From: Gammaproteobacteria bacterium
Lineage (GTDB): Bacteria > Pseudomonadota > Gammaproteobacteria > Steroidobacterales > Woeseiaceae
Direction of reading: 5' to 3'
Length of the DNA stretch: 64,000 nucleotides
NCBI GenBank assembly: GCA_003331585.1
Contig: QOPG01000001.1
Span: 50,209-114,208 of the forward strand
The notes beneath the pieces were generated by a model, which was not told the origin of the DNA, made no database searches, and worked only from the letters and a program-made list of their open reading frames with translations. This document shows positions 1 to 8,473 of the stretch, piece after piece. The position numbers were made by a program, and so were the translations under genes. Position 1 is the first letter of the stretch, and each line of letters starts with the position of its first letter.

Positions 1-537
1 GGAATGATTGGTCCATTGATTTTTGAAAAGCAAGCTGAAATCATATCTGAACATATAAAAGACGCAAAAAATAAAGGCGCGAAAATTCATTGTGGCGGTG
101 AAATTGAAAATCATCATGGTGGGTTATGGATAAAACCAACTGTAATGAGTCACGTTACACATGATATGAAGATTATGACAGACGAAACTTTTGGTCCGAT
201 AATGCCAATAATGTCATTCAAATCAACTCAAGAAGCAATTGATCTAGCAAATGATTCTCGTTACGGCTTATCCGCTGCCGTTTTTGGTAAGAATTATGAT
301 GAAATTACTGAGATTGCAAAAAAAATAAACTGCGGTGGAATCAGTATCAATGACGCAGGACTTACTTCAATGATTTTTGAGGAAGAAAAGAATACTTATA
401 AAAATTCCGGAATGGGTCCATCACGGAATGGGCCTGAGGGATTCACAAGATTTTTTAGAAAAAAAGCATTATTTTTAAACAAGGGTGATGTTTTTTCGAT
501 TGAAGATATTTTTAAACCTAACAATCCAAGGAAATAA
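1..537 (+). CDS. aldehyde dehydrogenase family protein, C-terminal part (5' end outside window)
   Basis: ORF open to base 1 in frame 1. ALDH C-terminal motifs ETFGPIMPIMSF, SRYGLSAAVFG, KNSGMG. Confidence 0.85.
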   Translation, partial: GMIGPLIFEKQAEIISEHIKDAKNKGAKIHCGGEIENHHGGLWIKPTVMSHVTHDMKIMTDETFGPIMPIMSFKSTQEAIDLANDSRYGLSAAVFGKNYDEITEIAKKINCGGISINDAGLTSMIFEEEKNTYKNSGMGPSRNGPEGFTRFFRKKALFLNKGDVFSIEDIFKPNNPRK

Positions 538-539
538 AA

Positions 540-1418
540 ATGAAGATTATTTTAATACTGAGCTCACTGTCTATGATTTTATTAAATAACTTAAATGCAA
601 ATGAGATTGAGATGACTGGCGAAACCGCATTTCTTGCATATCAAAAAATGATTTGCGGAACAACTGAAGAAGGGGTTACACGATATGGGACATGGGAAGG
701 AAGAGCCTACAGTCGAGTGCCAGGAGAAAAAGACAGACATATTTTCAATGTAATTGGTATAAACGTTAGACAATGCATGAAAACCAATGATGATATACAA
801 GGGAGAGGTTTCAGAAGCGTTTCTAGAGAAATACAAATGTATCTTGATCCAACCACGAATGAAATTATTGATACCTGGAAAAATCCTTGGACCGAAAAAA
901 ATATTGAGGTATTGCATGTCGCTAATGATCCGGTGAATATGCGAGCAATAAGCTATGAATTTGACAGCGAAGGTAATTCATCAAGAAAGATGAAAGCTAG
1001 AAGATACAATGATGTCATCGCTTCTCCAACTGAAATTCCACTCTTCTATAACAATGCTTTGGGTGGTGAATATCAGAAATATGTTGGGGGCATGTATCAT
1101 GCAATGGAAATATTTAATAGTTTCTATAACGCAGAAAAACTAATCAATAACTCTGTTACAGACATTGGTGAATCTCATGGAGGCTGGACAAGGGTCGCAC
1201 AATGGCTTCCATGGATGGAAATGGGAGATAAACCGGGCTTAATGATATTTAATGCGAGTGTATTTAATACTTTTGAACTGGAAAAAGTATCAGAAAAATT
1301 AATCGATATTTTGGAGAATAGATATCCAAGCTATCTTGAGCCTCCTCCCCTAAATGACGATAGACCAAATGAGACATCTTGGACTGTATTTAAGAAACGA
1401 CTAGCAACAGAAAATTAA
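540..1418 (+). CDS. secreted hypothetical protein (possibly DUF1838-like)
   Basis: 292-aa ORF starting 2 nt after the ALDH stop. Signal-like N-terminus MKIILILSSLSMILLNNLNA. Family call is a recollection only. Confidence 0.6.
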   Translation: MKIILILSSLSMILLNNLNANEIEMTGETAFLAYQKMICGTTEEGVTRYGTWEGRAYSRVPGEKDRHIFNVIGINVRQCMKTNDDIQGRGFRSVSREIQMYLDPTTNEIIDTWKNPWTEKNIEVLHVANDPVNMRAISYEFDSEGNSSRKMKARRYNDVIASPTEIPLFYNNALGGEYQKYVGGMYHAMEIFNSFYNAEKLINNSVTDIGESHGGWTRVAQWLPWMEMGDKPGLMIFNASVFNTFELEKVSEKLIDILENRYPSYLEPPPLNDDRPNETSWTVFKKRLATEN

Positions 1419-1429
1419 GCGAGAAAAAA

Positions 1430-1900
1430 ATGAAAAATATTATTAAAAGAACAACGCTCTTTGTAAGAGATATGGAAATATCAAAATCATGGTATGAGGA
1501 TGTACTGGGTTTAACAGTTTGGATGGATGACATCGTTACATTATCAGGCACAGGAATGCCGGCAGGTGGAGCCGGAGACAAAGTCAGATTAATCATCATG
1601 CAAGCCGAAGATCCAGCAATAGGCATGATTGGTTTGCTTCAGTGGGTTGACCCAGAATTGCCTGCACCAGATGAAATCCCTAAGACCGTGACATATGGAA
1701 ATCCGACTTTTGTACTTTCATCGGACGATGTTGAAGAAATCGCTAAAAAAGCATCTGAGCATGGAACACACATACATGCTGGACCGACTGAGTGGTCTAT
1801 TCGCGGTCAGAATGGAAAAATGAAACACTTTCTTGGTTTATTTATTTTCGATCCAGACGGTTATTTTTATGAAATCAATCAATTGGTGAGAGAAGAGTAG
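1430..1900 (+). CDS. VOC (glyoxalase/bleomycin-resistance/dioxygenase) family protein
   Basis: 156 aa. N-terminal RTTLFVRDMEISKSWYEDVLGL and C-terminal FDPDGYFYEI are typical VOC modules. Confidence 0.8.
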   Translation: MKNIIKRTTLFVRDMEISKSWYEDVLGLTVWMDDIVTLSGTGMPAGGAGDKVRLIIMQAEDPAIGMIGLLQWVDPELPAPDEIPKTVTYGNPTFVLSSDDVEEIAKKASEHGTHIHAGPTEWSIRGQNGKMKHFLGLFIFDPDGYFYEINQLVREE

Positions 1901-1907
1901 CAAGATT

Positions 1908-2948
1908 TTGATTGCTTTTAATGAACAAAAAAACTGTCAATGGAGAATAGCTAAGAGACCGAATGGGAACGTTAAGGAAAGCGATTTTCTTTACGATGAA
2001 ACTGAAATCCCAACTATCGAGAACGGTGAAATCCTTCTCAAAACTTTGTATCTTAATATTGCTCCTGTTATGAGGATGTATATGTCAGGAGAATCGGTGG
2101 CTAATGAAGCATCTCTCAATATTGGTGACGTAATTCATGGTCGCGGTGTGGCAGAAGTCATAAAGTCGAAACATCCAAGCTATCATGTCGGAGAAATTCA
2201 TCAAGGTCAGATTGGATGGCAAACCTTCAAAAAAAGTAAGGTCACAACAGCTGAAAAATTTAGAAAAATAAAAGATTATAAACTTCCATACTCTATCGGA
2301 CTTAGCACTCTAGGTATGACTGGGTTTTCCGCCTATTTTGGTTTCATAGATTGTGGTAAGCCAAAAAAAAATGAGACGGTTGTTATCTCAGGTGCCGCAG
2401 GTGGCGTCGGCACAAATGTGGTTCAATTGGCGAAGATATATGGGTGCAGAGTGATAGGTATTGCTGGTAGCGATCAGAAGTGTGAATTAATCGAAGCATT
2501 GGGATGTGATGGAGTAATTAATTACAAAAAAGAAAATGTAAGAAATTCAATAGAAGCTCTTTGTGCGGATGGAATTGACATTTATTTTGATAACGTGGGA
2601 GGTGAGATCTTAACTATTTGTTTAGATAATTTAGCCAAAAAATCTAGGGTGGTGCTTTGTGGATCAATATCTGAATATCTCAATGATAAGCCTTTCGGTC
2701 CAACCAATTACACAAAACTTAGAAAAACAAATTCATTGATGCAGGGATTTTTTGTATACAACTACGAAGATCAATTCCATGTTGCCGAGAAGAATCTAGC
2801 AAGATGGATTCAAGAGAAAAAAATTAAGCCGATAGAGCATATGTTTGATGGCTTTCAAAATATGCCTAAAGCACTTGCTTCGATTTATGATGGAAAAAAC
2901 TCTGGTGTAGCAATGTGCCGGATACGAAAAGGTCCATACGAAAATTAA
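1908..2948 (+). CDS. NADP-dependent oxidoreductase, MDR superfamily (alkenal/enone reductase, PTGR1/YncB-like)
   Basis: 346 aa with a TTG start. Cofactor loop ISGAAGGVGTNVVQLAK. Paralogue of 10163-11161. Confidence 0.85.
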   Translation: MIAFNEQKNCQWRIAKRPNGNVKESDFLYDETEIPTIENGEILLKTLYLNIAPVMRMYMSGESVANEASLNIGDVIHGRGVAEVIKSKHPSYHVGEIHQGQIGWQTFKKSKVTTAEKFRKIKDYKLPYSIGLSTLGMTGFSAYFGFIDCGKPKKNETVVISGAAGGVGTNVVQLAKIYGCRVIGIAGSDQKCELIEALGCDGVINYKKENVRNSIEALCADGIDIYFDNVGGEILTICLDNLAKKSRVVLCGSISEYLNDKPFGPTNYTKLRKTNSLMQGFFVYNYEDQFHVAEKNLARWIQEKKIKPIEHMFDGFQNMPKALASIYDGKNSGVAMCRIRKGPYEN

Positions 2949-2965
2949 AAATTAAAGGAAAAATA

Positions 2966-3427
2966 ATGAGTGAAGATGCAAAAGAATACGTGAGATTTCA
3001 AAGAGCGAATTACATCGTTTCAGATTTAAAAAAATCCTTAGAATTATACTGTGATGTACTTGGTTTTATAAATCAATACGAGTCTGATGCTCCAAACGAC
3101 TCGTATTCCTACGATGTGTTTGAAATCGATCATTCAAAAAAAGTTAGATGGGCTGTTCTCGGAACAGAAAATCAATTGAGAGTTATGGCTTTAACAGAAA
3201 TACATGATGCCGATCTTCCAGCTGCGCCTTTACCAAGGCGTTGCGCTATTGTGGTCGATGTTGGGAATATTGATCGTATCGTAAAAGGGGCTGGCGATCT
3301 GGGATGCAAAATACATCACGAAGATAAACTTGTAACTCATGATGGGCGTGTTGGAAGAGAGGTTGGAATCGTTGATTTCGATGGCAATCTAGTCGTTATT
3401 TATAATATTCCAGAAAATAAAAATTAG
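2966..3427 (+). CDS. VOC family protein
   Basis: ATG at 2966 is preceded by AAAGGA and lies after the upstream stop. The track start at 2915 overlaps the previous gene. Motif ANYIVSDLKKSLELYCDVLGF. Confidence 0.75.
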   Translation: MSEDAKEYVRFQRANYIVSDLKKSLELYCDVLGFINQYESDAPNDSYSYDVFEIDHSKKVRWAVLGTENQLRVMALTEIHDADLPAAPLPRRCAIVVDVGNIDRIVKGAGDLGCKIHHEDKLVTHDGRVGREVGIVDFDGNLVVIYNIPENKN

Positions 3428-3444
3428 TATTTAAGGGGACCGTA

Positions 3445-4767
3445 TTGAACAAAGAAAATAAAAATTATCCGAACAGTAAATATGCATGGTACATGGTCGT
3501 GATGTTAACCATCGCATACATATTATCCTTCGTTGACCGTTATATTCTTGGTCTATTAATTGAACCAATTAAAGCAGATTTGGGTCTTACTGATACTCAA
3601 ATTGGCTTGCTTCTTGGATTCGCGTTCGCCATATTTTACGCCACCATGGGATTACCATTGGGATATTTGGCAGACAGAAAAAAGAGGACATGGTTGGTTG
3701 CAGCAGGAATTGCAGTTTGGTCCGCAGCTACGGCAGCTTCTGGCTTGGTGAAGAATTTTGCACAACTTTTTATTGCAAGAATGACTGTTGGAGCAGGTGA
3801 AGCAACATTGAGTCCGTGTGCAATGTCTATGATCTCGGATAGTTTCCCACCTGAAAAAAGAGGTAAACCCATCGCATTTTATACTGCAGCTTTGTCACTA
3901 GGAGCTGGCATTGCATCACTTATCAGTGCAGGAGTAATTAATTGGGCAAAATCAGAACCAAACCTCTCCTTCCCTCTTGTTGGTGAAGTTGCACCATGGC
4001 AATTCACTTTTCTTGTGGTAGGTCTGCCAGGTCTTCTTTTGGCTGTTCTTTTCTTATTTATGCGCGAGCCTAAACGAATTGGAAAGAATGCGGCTGATGA
4101 CGAAAGCATCACTTTTGGAGAGACATTCGTACATGTTAAAAAAAGATGGAAGATTTATGGAAGTTTTATTGCCTTTGTATGCCTGATGATTATCTGTGCA
4201 TACAGTCAGGGATTCTATGCGCCTATGTTCCAAAGAACATGGGGTTGGGAGGCAGAAAAGTATGCGATATGGAATGCAGTTGTTTTATTGGCTGTAGGAC
4301 CATTAACTGTGAATATTGCGGGTTGGTTGAGTGATAAGATGTATTCAGAGAAAAACAGAAAAGATGCACCATTATTGATTGTAATTTTTGGTGCTTTCAT
4401 ACTGGTCCCAACTGGAGTCGCTGCTCCATTAATGCCAACGGCTGAATTGGCGATGGCGGTTATTGCATTAAATACATTCGGTATTGCAGCTACGTCTGCC
4501 ACATCAGTGACAGCACTATTAAATATAACTCCGGGAGTGATACGCGCACAAACTGTCGCATTGTATTACATGGTGATCAGTATATCTGGCCTTCTTCTTG
4601 GTCCATTTACTGTTGGTTGGTTATCGGACAATGTCTTCGGAAACGAAAACCTCAACTACGCATGTGCAGCTGTACCATTAATTTATGGAATTCTTATTTT
4701 ACCTCTAGCCAAGTTTGCAATTCGGTCGTATAACCAAGAACTAAGCAAAATCGAACAAGAGGAATAA
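3445..4767 (+). CDS. MFS transporter
   Basis: 440 aa with about 12 hydrophobic segments. MFS loop motif GYLADRKKRTW. SD AAGGGGA upstream of the TTG start. Confidence 0.85.
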   Translation: MNKENKNYPNSKYAWYMVVMLTIAYILSFVDRYILGLLIEPIKADLGLTDTQIGLLLGFAFAIFYATMGLPLGYLADRKKRTWLVAAGIAVWSAATAASGLVKNFAQLFIARMTVGAGEATLSPCAMSMISDSFPPEKRGKPIAFYTAALSLGAGIASLISAGVINWAKSEPNLSFPLVGEVAPWQFTFLVVGLPGLLLAVLFLFMREPKRIGKNAADDESITFGETFVHVKKRWKIYGSFIAFVCLMIICAYSQGFYAPMFQRTWGWEAEKYAIWNAVVLLAVGPLTVNIAGWLSDKMYSEKNRKDAPLLIVIFGAFILVPTGVAAPLMPTAELAMAVIALNTFGIAATSATSVTALLNITPGVIRAQTVALYYMVISISGLLLGPFTVGWLSDNVFGNENLNYACAAVPLIYGILILPLAKFAIRSYNQELSKIEQEE

Positions 4768-4769
4768 AC

Positions 4770-5567
4770 ATGAAAAAACGTTATTTGCAGTATGGAGAAA
4801 AACAGATTCATATCCGAGAACTTGAACCATCAGGCAATGAAAACGGTAATCCTATTTTATGCCTGCATCCATCACCATACAGCGGATTATTTTTTGAAAC
4901 TATCATGCCAATGATTAATAAGAATCGAAAAATTATTGCGCCTGATTACTTGGGATATGGTAGCTCCTCTTCAATTGAAAGCCCACCCTCAATCAATGAC
5001 TATGCTGTCTCAATCAGTGAGGTTCTTAATCAAGTTGGAAATTACGAACAATTCGATTTAATTGGATTCCATACAGGCTGTTTGGTAGCAAATGAATTGT
5101 GCTGCTTAATTCCAGACAATGTTGGTCAAATCATTATGATTGATATTCCCTACTTTACTGGTGAAGCTCAAAAAGGATTGCTTGCACAAATGGTCAAACC
5201 GTTTGATTTGGATGAAGACTTGGAGTCTCTCAGAAAATCTTGGGATTTTAATATTAAAAACAGAATGGGCAAGGTCAATATTGAACGTTCATTTGATTTA
5301 TTGGTTGAGAGTCTGAGGCCAGGAAATAGAGATCATTTTGCTTTTCATGCCGCTTTTACTTATGCATGCGAAGAACAATTTAAATCCCATTCGAAGCATA
5401 TAAATATCTTGGCTACCAGATCTGGATTGCTTGATGCAACTCATGCGGCCTCAGCTATCTTGAGTAATTCTGAAATTAGAGATATTGAGGATATCACCTC
5501 GAATGTGTTTGAGGAAGGTGCTGAAATTATAGCTAAACATGTTCTGGAAATATTGAATGCCAATTGA
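4770..5567 (+). CDS. alpha/beta-hydrolase fold protein with atypical nucleophile elbow
   Basis: 265 aa. LCLHPSPYSG at the oxyanion-loop position. The elbow reads LIGFHTGC instead of G-x-S-x-G. Confidence 0.65.
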   Translation: MKKRYLQYGEKQIHIRELEPSGNENGNPILCLHPSPYSGLFFETIMPMINKNRKIIAPDYLGYGSSSSIESPPSINDYAVSISEVLNQVGNYEQFDLIGFHTGCLVANELCCLIPDNVGQIIMIDIPYFTGEAQKGLLAQMVKPFDLDEDLESLRKSWDFNIKNRMGKVNIERSFDLLVESLRPGNRDHFAFHAAFTYACEEQFKSHSKHINILATRSGLLDATHAASAILSNSEIRDIEDITSNVFEEGAEIIAKHVLEILNAN

Positions 5568-6210
5568 AGTTGGAATTTTAAAACTAATACATATCCTTTG
5601 TCTTGTGTATTGGCTAGGTGCAGATTTGGGCGTGTTCTATTCCAGCTATTACCTAGTCAATGAAAAACTTTCAAGAGACACAAGAATTAATGTCTCTAAA
5701 ATCTTATTCTTTCTGGATCAGGCGCCGAGAATTTCAATGATATTAATTTTTCCATCTGGGATACATTTAGCAAAAATTTTGGGTTATTTAAATATCACAT
5801 ATTCAATGGTAATAAGTATTTGGCTAATTGCATTAGCATGGTTAATACTGGTCTGTGTTTTGCATATCAAAGGTCAGGCTGTAAAAAAATTAGCCCTATT
5901 TGATTATTGGATGAGAATCATTTTTGTTTTGGGAATGTCGTATGCATTTCTATACATAGTGATTAATCAGCCAGAATACATATGGGCAGGTAAAAAGATT
6001 TTAGCTTTCACGTTAACCGTTATTTGTGGATTGATAATCAGAAAAAAACTTAGATCATTTGAGCCTGCCTTTGTTTCTCTTATTGAAGGCAAAGATACTG
6101 CCGAATCTAACCAAATGTTAAAAATGAGCATAGCCAGTTCTAGACCTTTTGTAATATTGATATGGGTTTGCCTCCTATTCAATACGGTATTGGGACTGCA
6201 TTTAATTTAA
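5557..6210 (+). CDS. hypothetical integral membrane protein
   Basis: 217 aa with about 6 hydrophobic helices. Start overlaps the upstream gene by 11 nt. Confidence 0.7.
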   Translation: MPIEVGILKLIHILCLVYWLGADLGVFYSSYYLVNEKLSRDTRINVSKILFFLDQAPRISMILIFPSGIHLAKILGYLNITYSMVISIWLIALAWLILVCVLHIKGQAVKKLALFDYWMRIIFVLGMSYAFLYIVINQPEYIWAGKKILAFTLTVICGLIIRKKLRSFEPAFVSLIEGKDTAESNQMLKMSIASSRPFVILIWVCLLFNTVLGLHLI

Positions 6211-6229
6211 TAAAGGAAAACTAATAAAC

Positions 6230-6517
6230 ATGAAAGCACTAATGATTATACAAGCATCAATCACAGATCTAGAAAAATTCAAAGCATACAGTGCAAAGGC
6301 GCCGAGTGTTGTTCAGCAATTTGGTGGAAAATATGTATGCATCAGAACCGAGAGCGAACAACTCGAAGGTGAAAATGATAACCGGAAGATTGTTATTTCT
6401 GAGTGGCCATCAATGGACGCTGCGAGAAAATTTTGGCATTCTCATGAATATCAAGAAATCAAGAAGCTTAGAAAAGATGCTGCAACAATTAATGTTTACA
6501 TAATTGAAAAGAACTAG
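6230..6517 (+). CDS. DUF1330 domain protein
   Basis: 95 aa. Size and pattern (SEWPSMDAARKFWHSHEYQEIKKLR) match DUF1330 (dimeric alpha-beta barrel) proteins. Confidence 0.7.
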   Translation: MKALMIIQASITDLEKFKAYSAKAPSVVQQFGGKYVCIRTESEQLEGENDNRKIVISEWPSMDAARKFWHSHEYQEIKKLRKDAATINVYIIEKN

Positions 6518-6526
6518 AGAAATTCA

Positions 6527-7579
6527 ATGACAAAAGAAACCCAACATTATATGGCGCTGTCCCTCCAATTAAATTGCCCTACAATAAATGGATTATCCAT
6601 AGAAGATTCAAGAAATAGCATGATGAGGACGATTGAAAAAACCGGATTCCATGTTAATGGCAGCAAAGCTCTTATTGGCAATGACACTAAACTGGTGGTC
6701 TTGCCAGAATATTTTATGACAGGATATCCTCTTGGAGAATCCATTCAAGAATGGACAGAAAAGGCTGCTATTGAAATAGACGGTGCTGAATACAATGCTC
6801 TCTCATCAATAGCGCAAGAAAATAATATTTTTCTCTCTGGAAATGCATACGAAAAAGACGAAGAATTTCCTGGTCTTTATTTTCAAACGAGTTTTATTAT
6901 TAGTCCGAGTGGAGAGATAATATTAAGATACAGGAGATTGATATCTCTTTATGCTCCGACCCCTCATGATGTATGGGATAAATATTTGGAAGTCTATGGT
7001 GAGGAGTCGATATTTCCTGTTGTGGACACAGAAATAGGTAAATTAGCCTGTTGTGCATCAGAAGAAATACTATACCCAGAGATATGCAGAGCACATACAT
7101 TGCGAGGTGCTGAAATTATCTTGCACTCAAGCAGTGAAGTGGCCAGTAGTGATTTGACGCCCAAAGACGTAGCGAAGAGAGCTAGGGCCATAGAAAATCT
7201 TGTTTACCTTGTCTCGTGCAACAGCGGTGGCATCATAGATTCACCTATACCAACAAATTCTGTGGATGGAATGTCAAAAATTATTGACTTTAGAGGAACT
7301 GTCCTCGCATCGAGTAGCATTGGAGAGACAATGGCGACTAATGCTGAAATAGATCTACCAGCGCTGAGAAGATATAGGAATAGACCCGGGATGAGTAACA
7401 TGCTCTCAAGACAGAGATTAGAGCTTTTCCAAAATACGTACAATTCAATATCGATTTATCCCCCAAATTCTCTAATAGATAAAAAAACAGGTGATTTTTT
7501 TATTCCGGAGCGTAAACATTTTTCAAATACTCAAAAGGTTGTATTGGATAATCTTCAAAAAATTCTCAAATCCAAATAA
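6527..7579 (+). CDS. carbon-nitrogen hydrolase (nitrilase superfamily) protein, atypical motifs
   Basis: 350 aa. Glu motif VVLPEYFMTGYP and Cys region IGKLACCASEEILYPE. The Lys motif reads YRR instead of YRK. Confidence 0.7.
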   Translation: MTKETQHYMALSLQLNCPTINGLSIEDSRNSMMRTIEKTGFHVNGSKALIGNDTKLVVLPEYFMTGYPLGESIQEWTEKAAIEIDGAEYNALSSIAQENNIFLSGNAYEKDEEFPGLYFQTSFIISPSGEIILRYRRLISLYAPTPHDVWDKYLEVYGEESIFPVVDTEIGKLACCASEEILYPEICRAHTLRGAEIILHSSSEVASSDLTPKDVAKRARAIENLVYLVSCNSGGIIDSPIPTNSVDGMSKIIDFRGTVLASSSIGETMATNAEIDLPALRRYRNRPGMSNMLSRQRLELFQNTYNSISIYPPNSLIDKKTGDFFIPERKHFSNTQKVVLDNLQKILKSK

Positions 7580-7582
7580 TTC

Positions 7583-8473
7583 ATGCTGAAAAATATTGCC
7601 ATTGTTACTGTTGTGGTTGAAAGTCTTGAGATCACAGAGCTGGTCTATCAGAATGAACTCTGCTACAAGCTCATTCATAAAGGAATTGTATCGGACGATA
7701 TGGCTTCTGGCTGGTGTGCAAAAAATGTTGCTGGAAGACCATTCATACTGATGGGCCCGGCTAACAACGAAGCTGTGTATCTTAGATTCATTGAATCAGA
7801 AAAATTTGATAAACATTTTAGATCATTAAAAACATATGGCTGGAATGCGATTGAAATTCTCGTTCAAGATACAGAGCAGATATTTCTTAAACTGAAAGAC
7901 AGTCAATACTTCAGAATTGTTGGAGAACCAGTCTATATTAGCGATGAAAAAAGCATCAAAGCTATGCAGGTTTTAGGGCCATCCAATGAACTGATTTACT
8001 TTACTAGCATTGAAAAACCAGAAAAAATGGGCTTAACGATTGAGGGGGCAAGCACGGAAATTGATCGAATCTTTATCATGATATTAGGCGTTGATAATAT
8101 CGAATCACTGAGGCGATATTACTCAGAAAAATTCTATATTGTTACTTCGGACCCAGCGCCATTTAGAATTAGAACTCTATCCAATGAACACGGTTTGCCG
8201 ATTGAAACTAAATTTCCACTTTCAATAGCAACACTCTCAGAAAAATCTCTAATTGAAATAGACGAATACCCAAAAACTTCAGTATATAGAGAAAACATGA
8301 CAAATGAATTGCCACCCGGTATCGCAATGGTCAGCTTTTATGTAGACATGATCCCAAATAACCTGTCATTTATATCGCCAGTAACTGTAAACAAAGAACT
8401 GCCATATAATAAAAGAAAAAGTGCGGTGATTAGAGGTCCCGTCGGAGAACTGATTGAGATAATTGAAACTTAA
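7583..8473 (+). CDS. hypothetical protein (possibly two-module VOC-like fold)
   Basis: 296-aa ORF 3 nt after the upstream stop. No strong motif recognised. Confidence 0.55.
   Translation: MLKNIAIVTVVVESLEITELVYQNELCYKLIHKGIVSDDMASGWCAKNVAGRPFILMGPANNEAVYLRFIESEKFDKHFRSLKTYGWNAIEILVQDTEQIFLKLKDSQYFRIVGEPVYISDEKSIKAMQVLGPSNELIYFTSIEKPEKMGLTIEGASTEIDRIFIMILGVDNIESLRRYYSEKFYIVTSDPAPFRIRTLSNEHGLPIETKFPLSIATLSEKSLIEIDEYPKTSVYRENMTNELPPGIAMVSFYVDMIPNNLSFISPVTVNKELPYNKRKSAVIRGPVGELIEIIET

Noticed and set aside
2915-2965. N-terminal extension of the second VOC gene (track start 2915)
   Set aside because: The extension overlaps the preceding gene by 34 nt and encodes a Lys-rich non-conserved peptide. 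The ATG at 2966 has an RBS-like AAAGGA and yields a normal VOC N-terminus.
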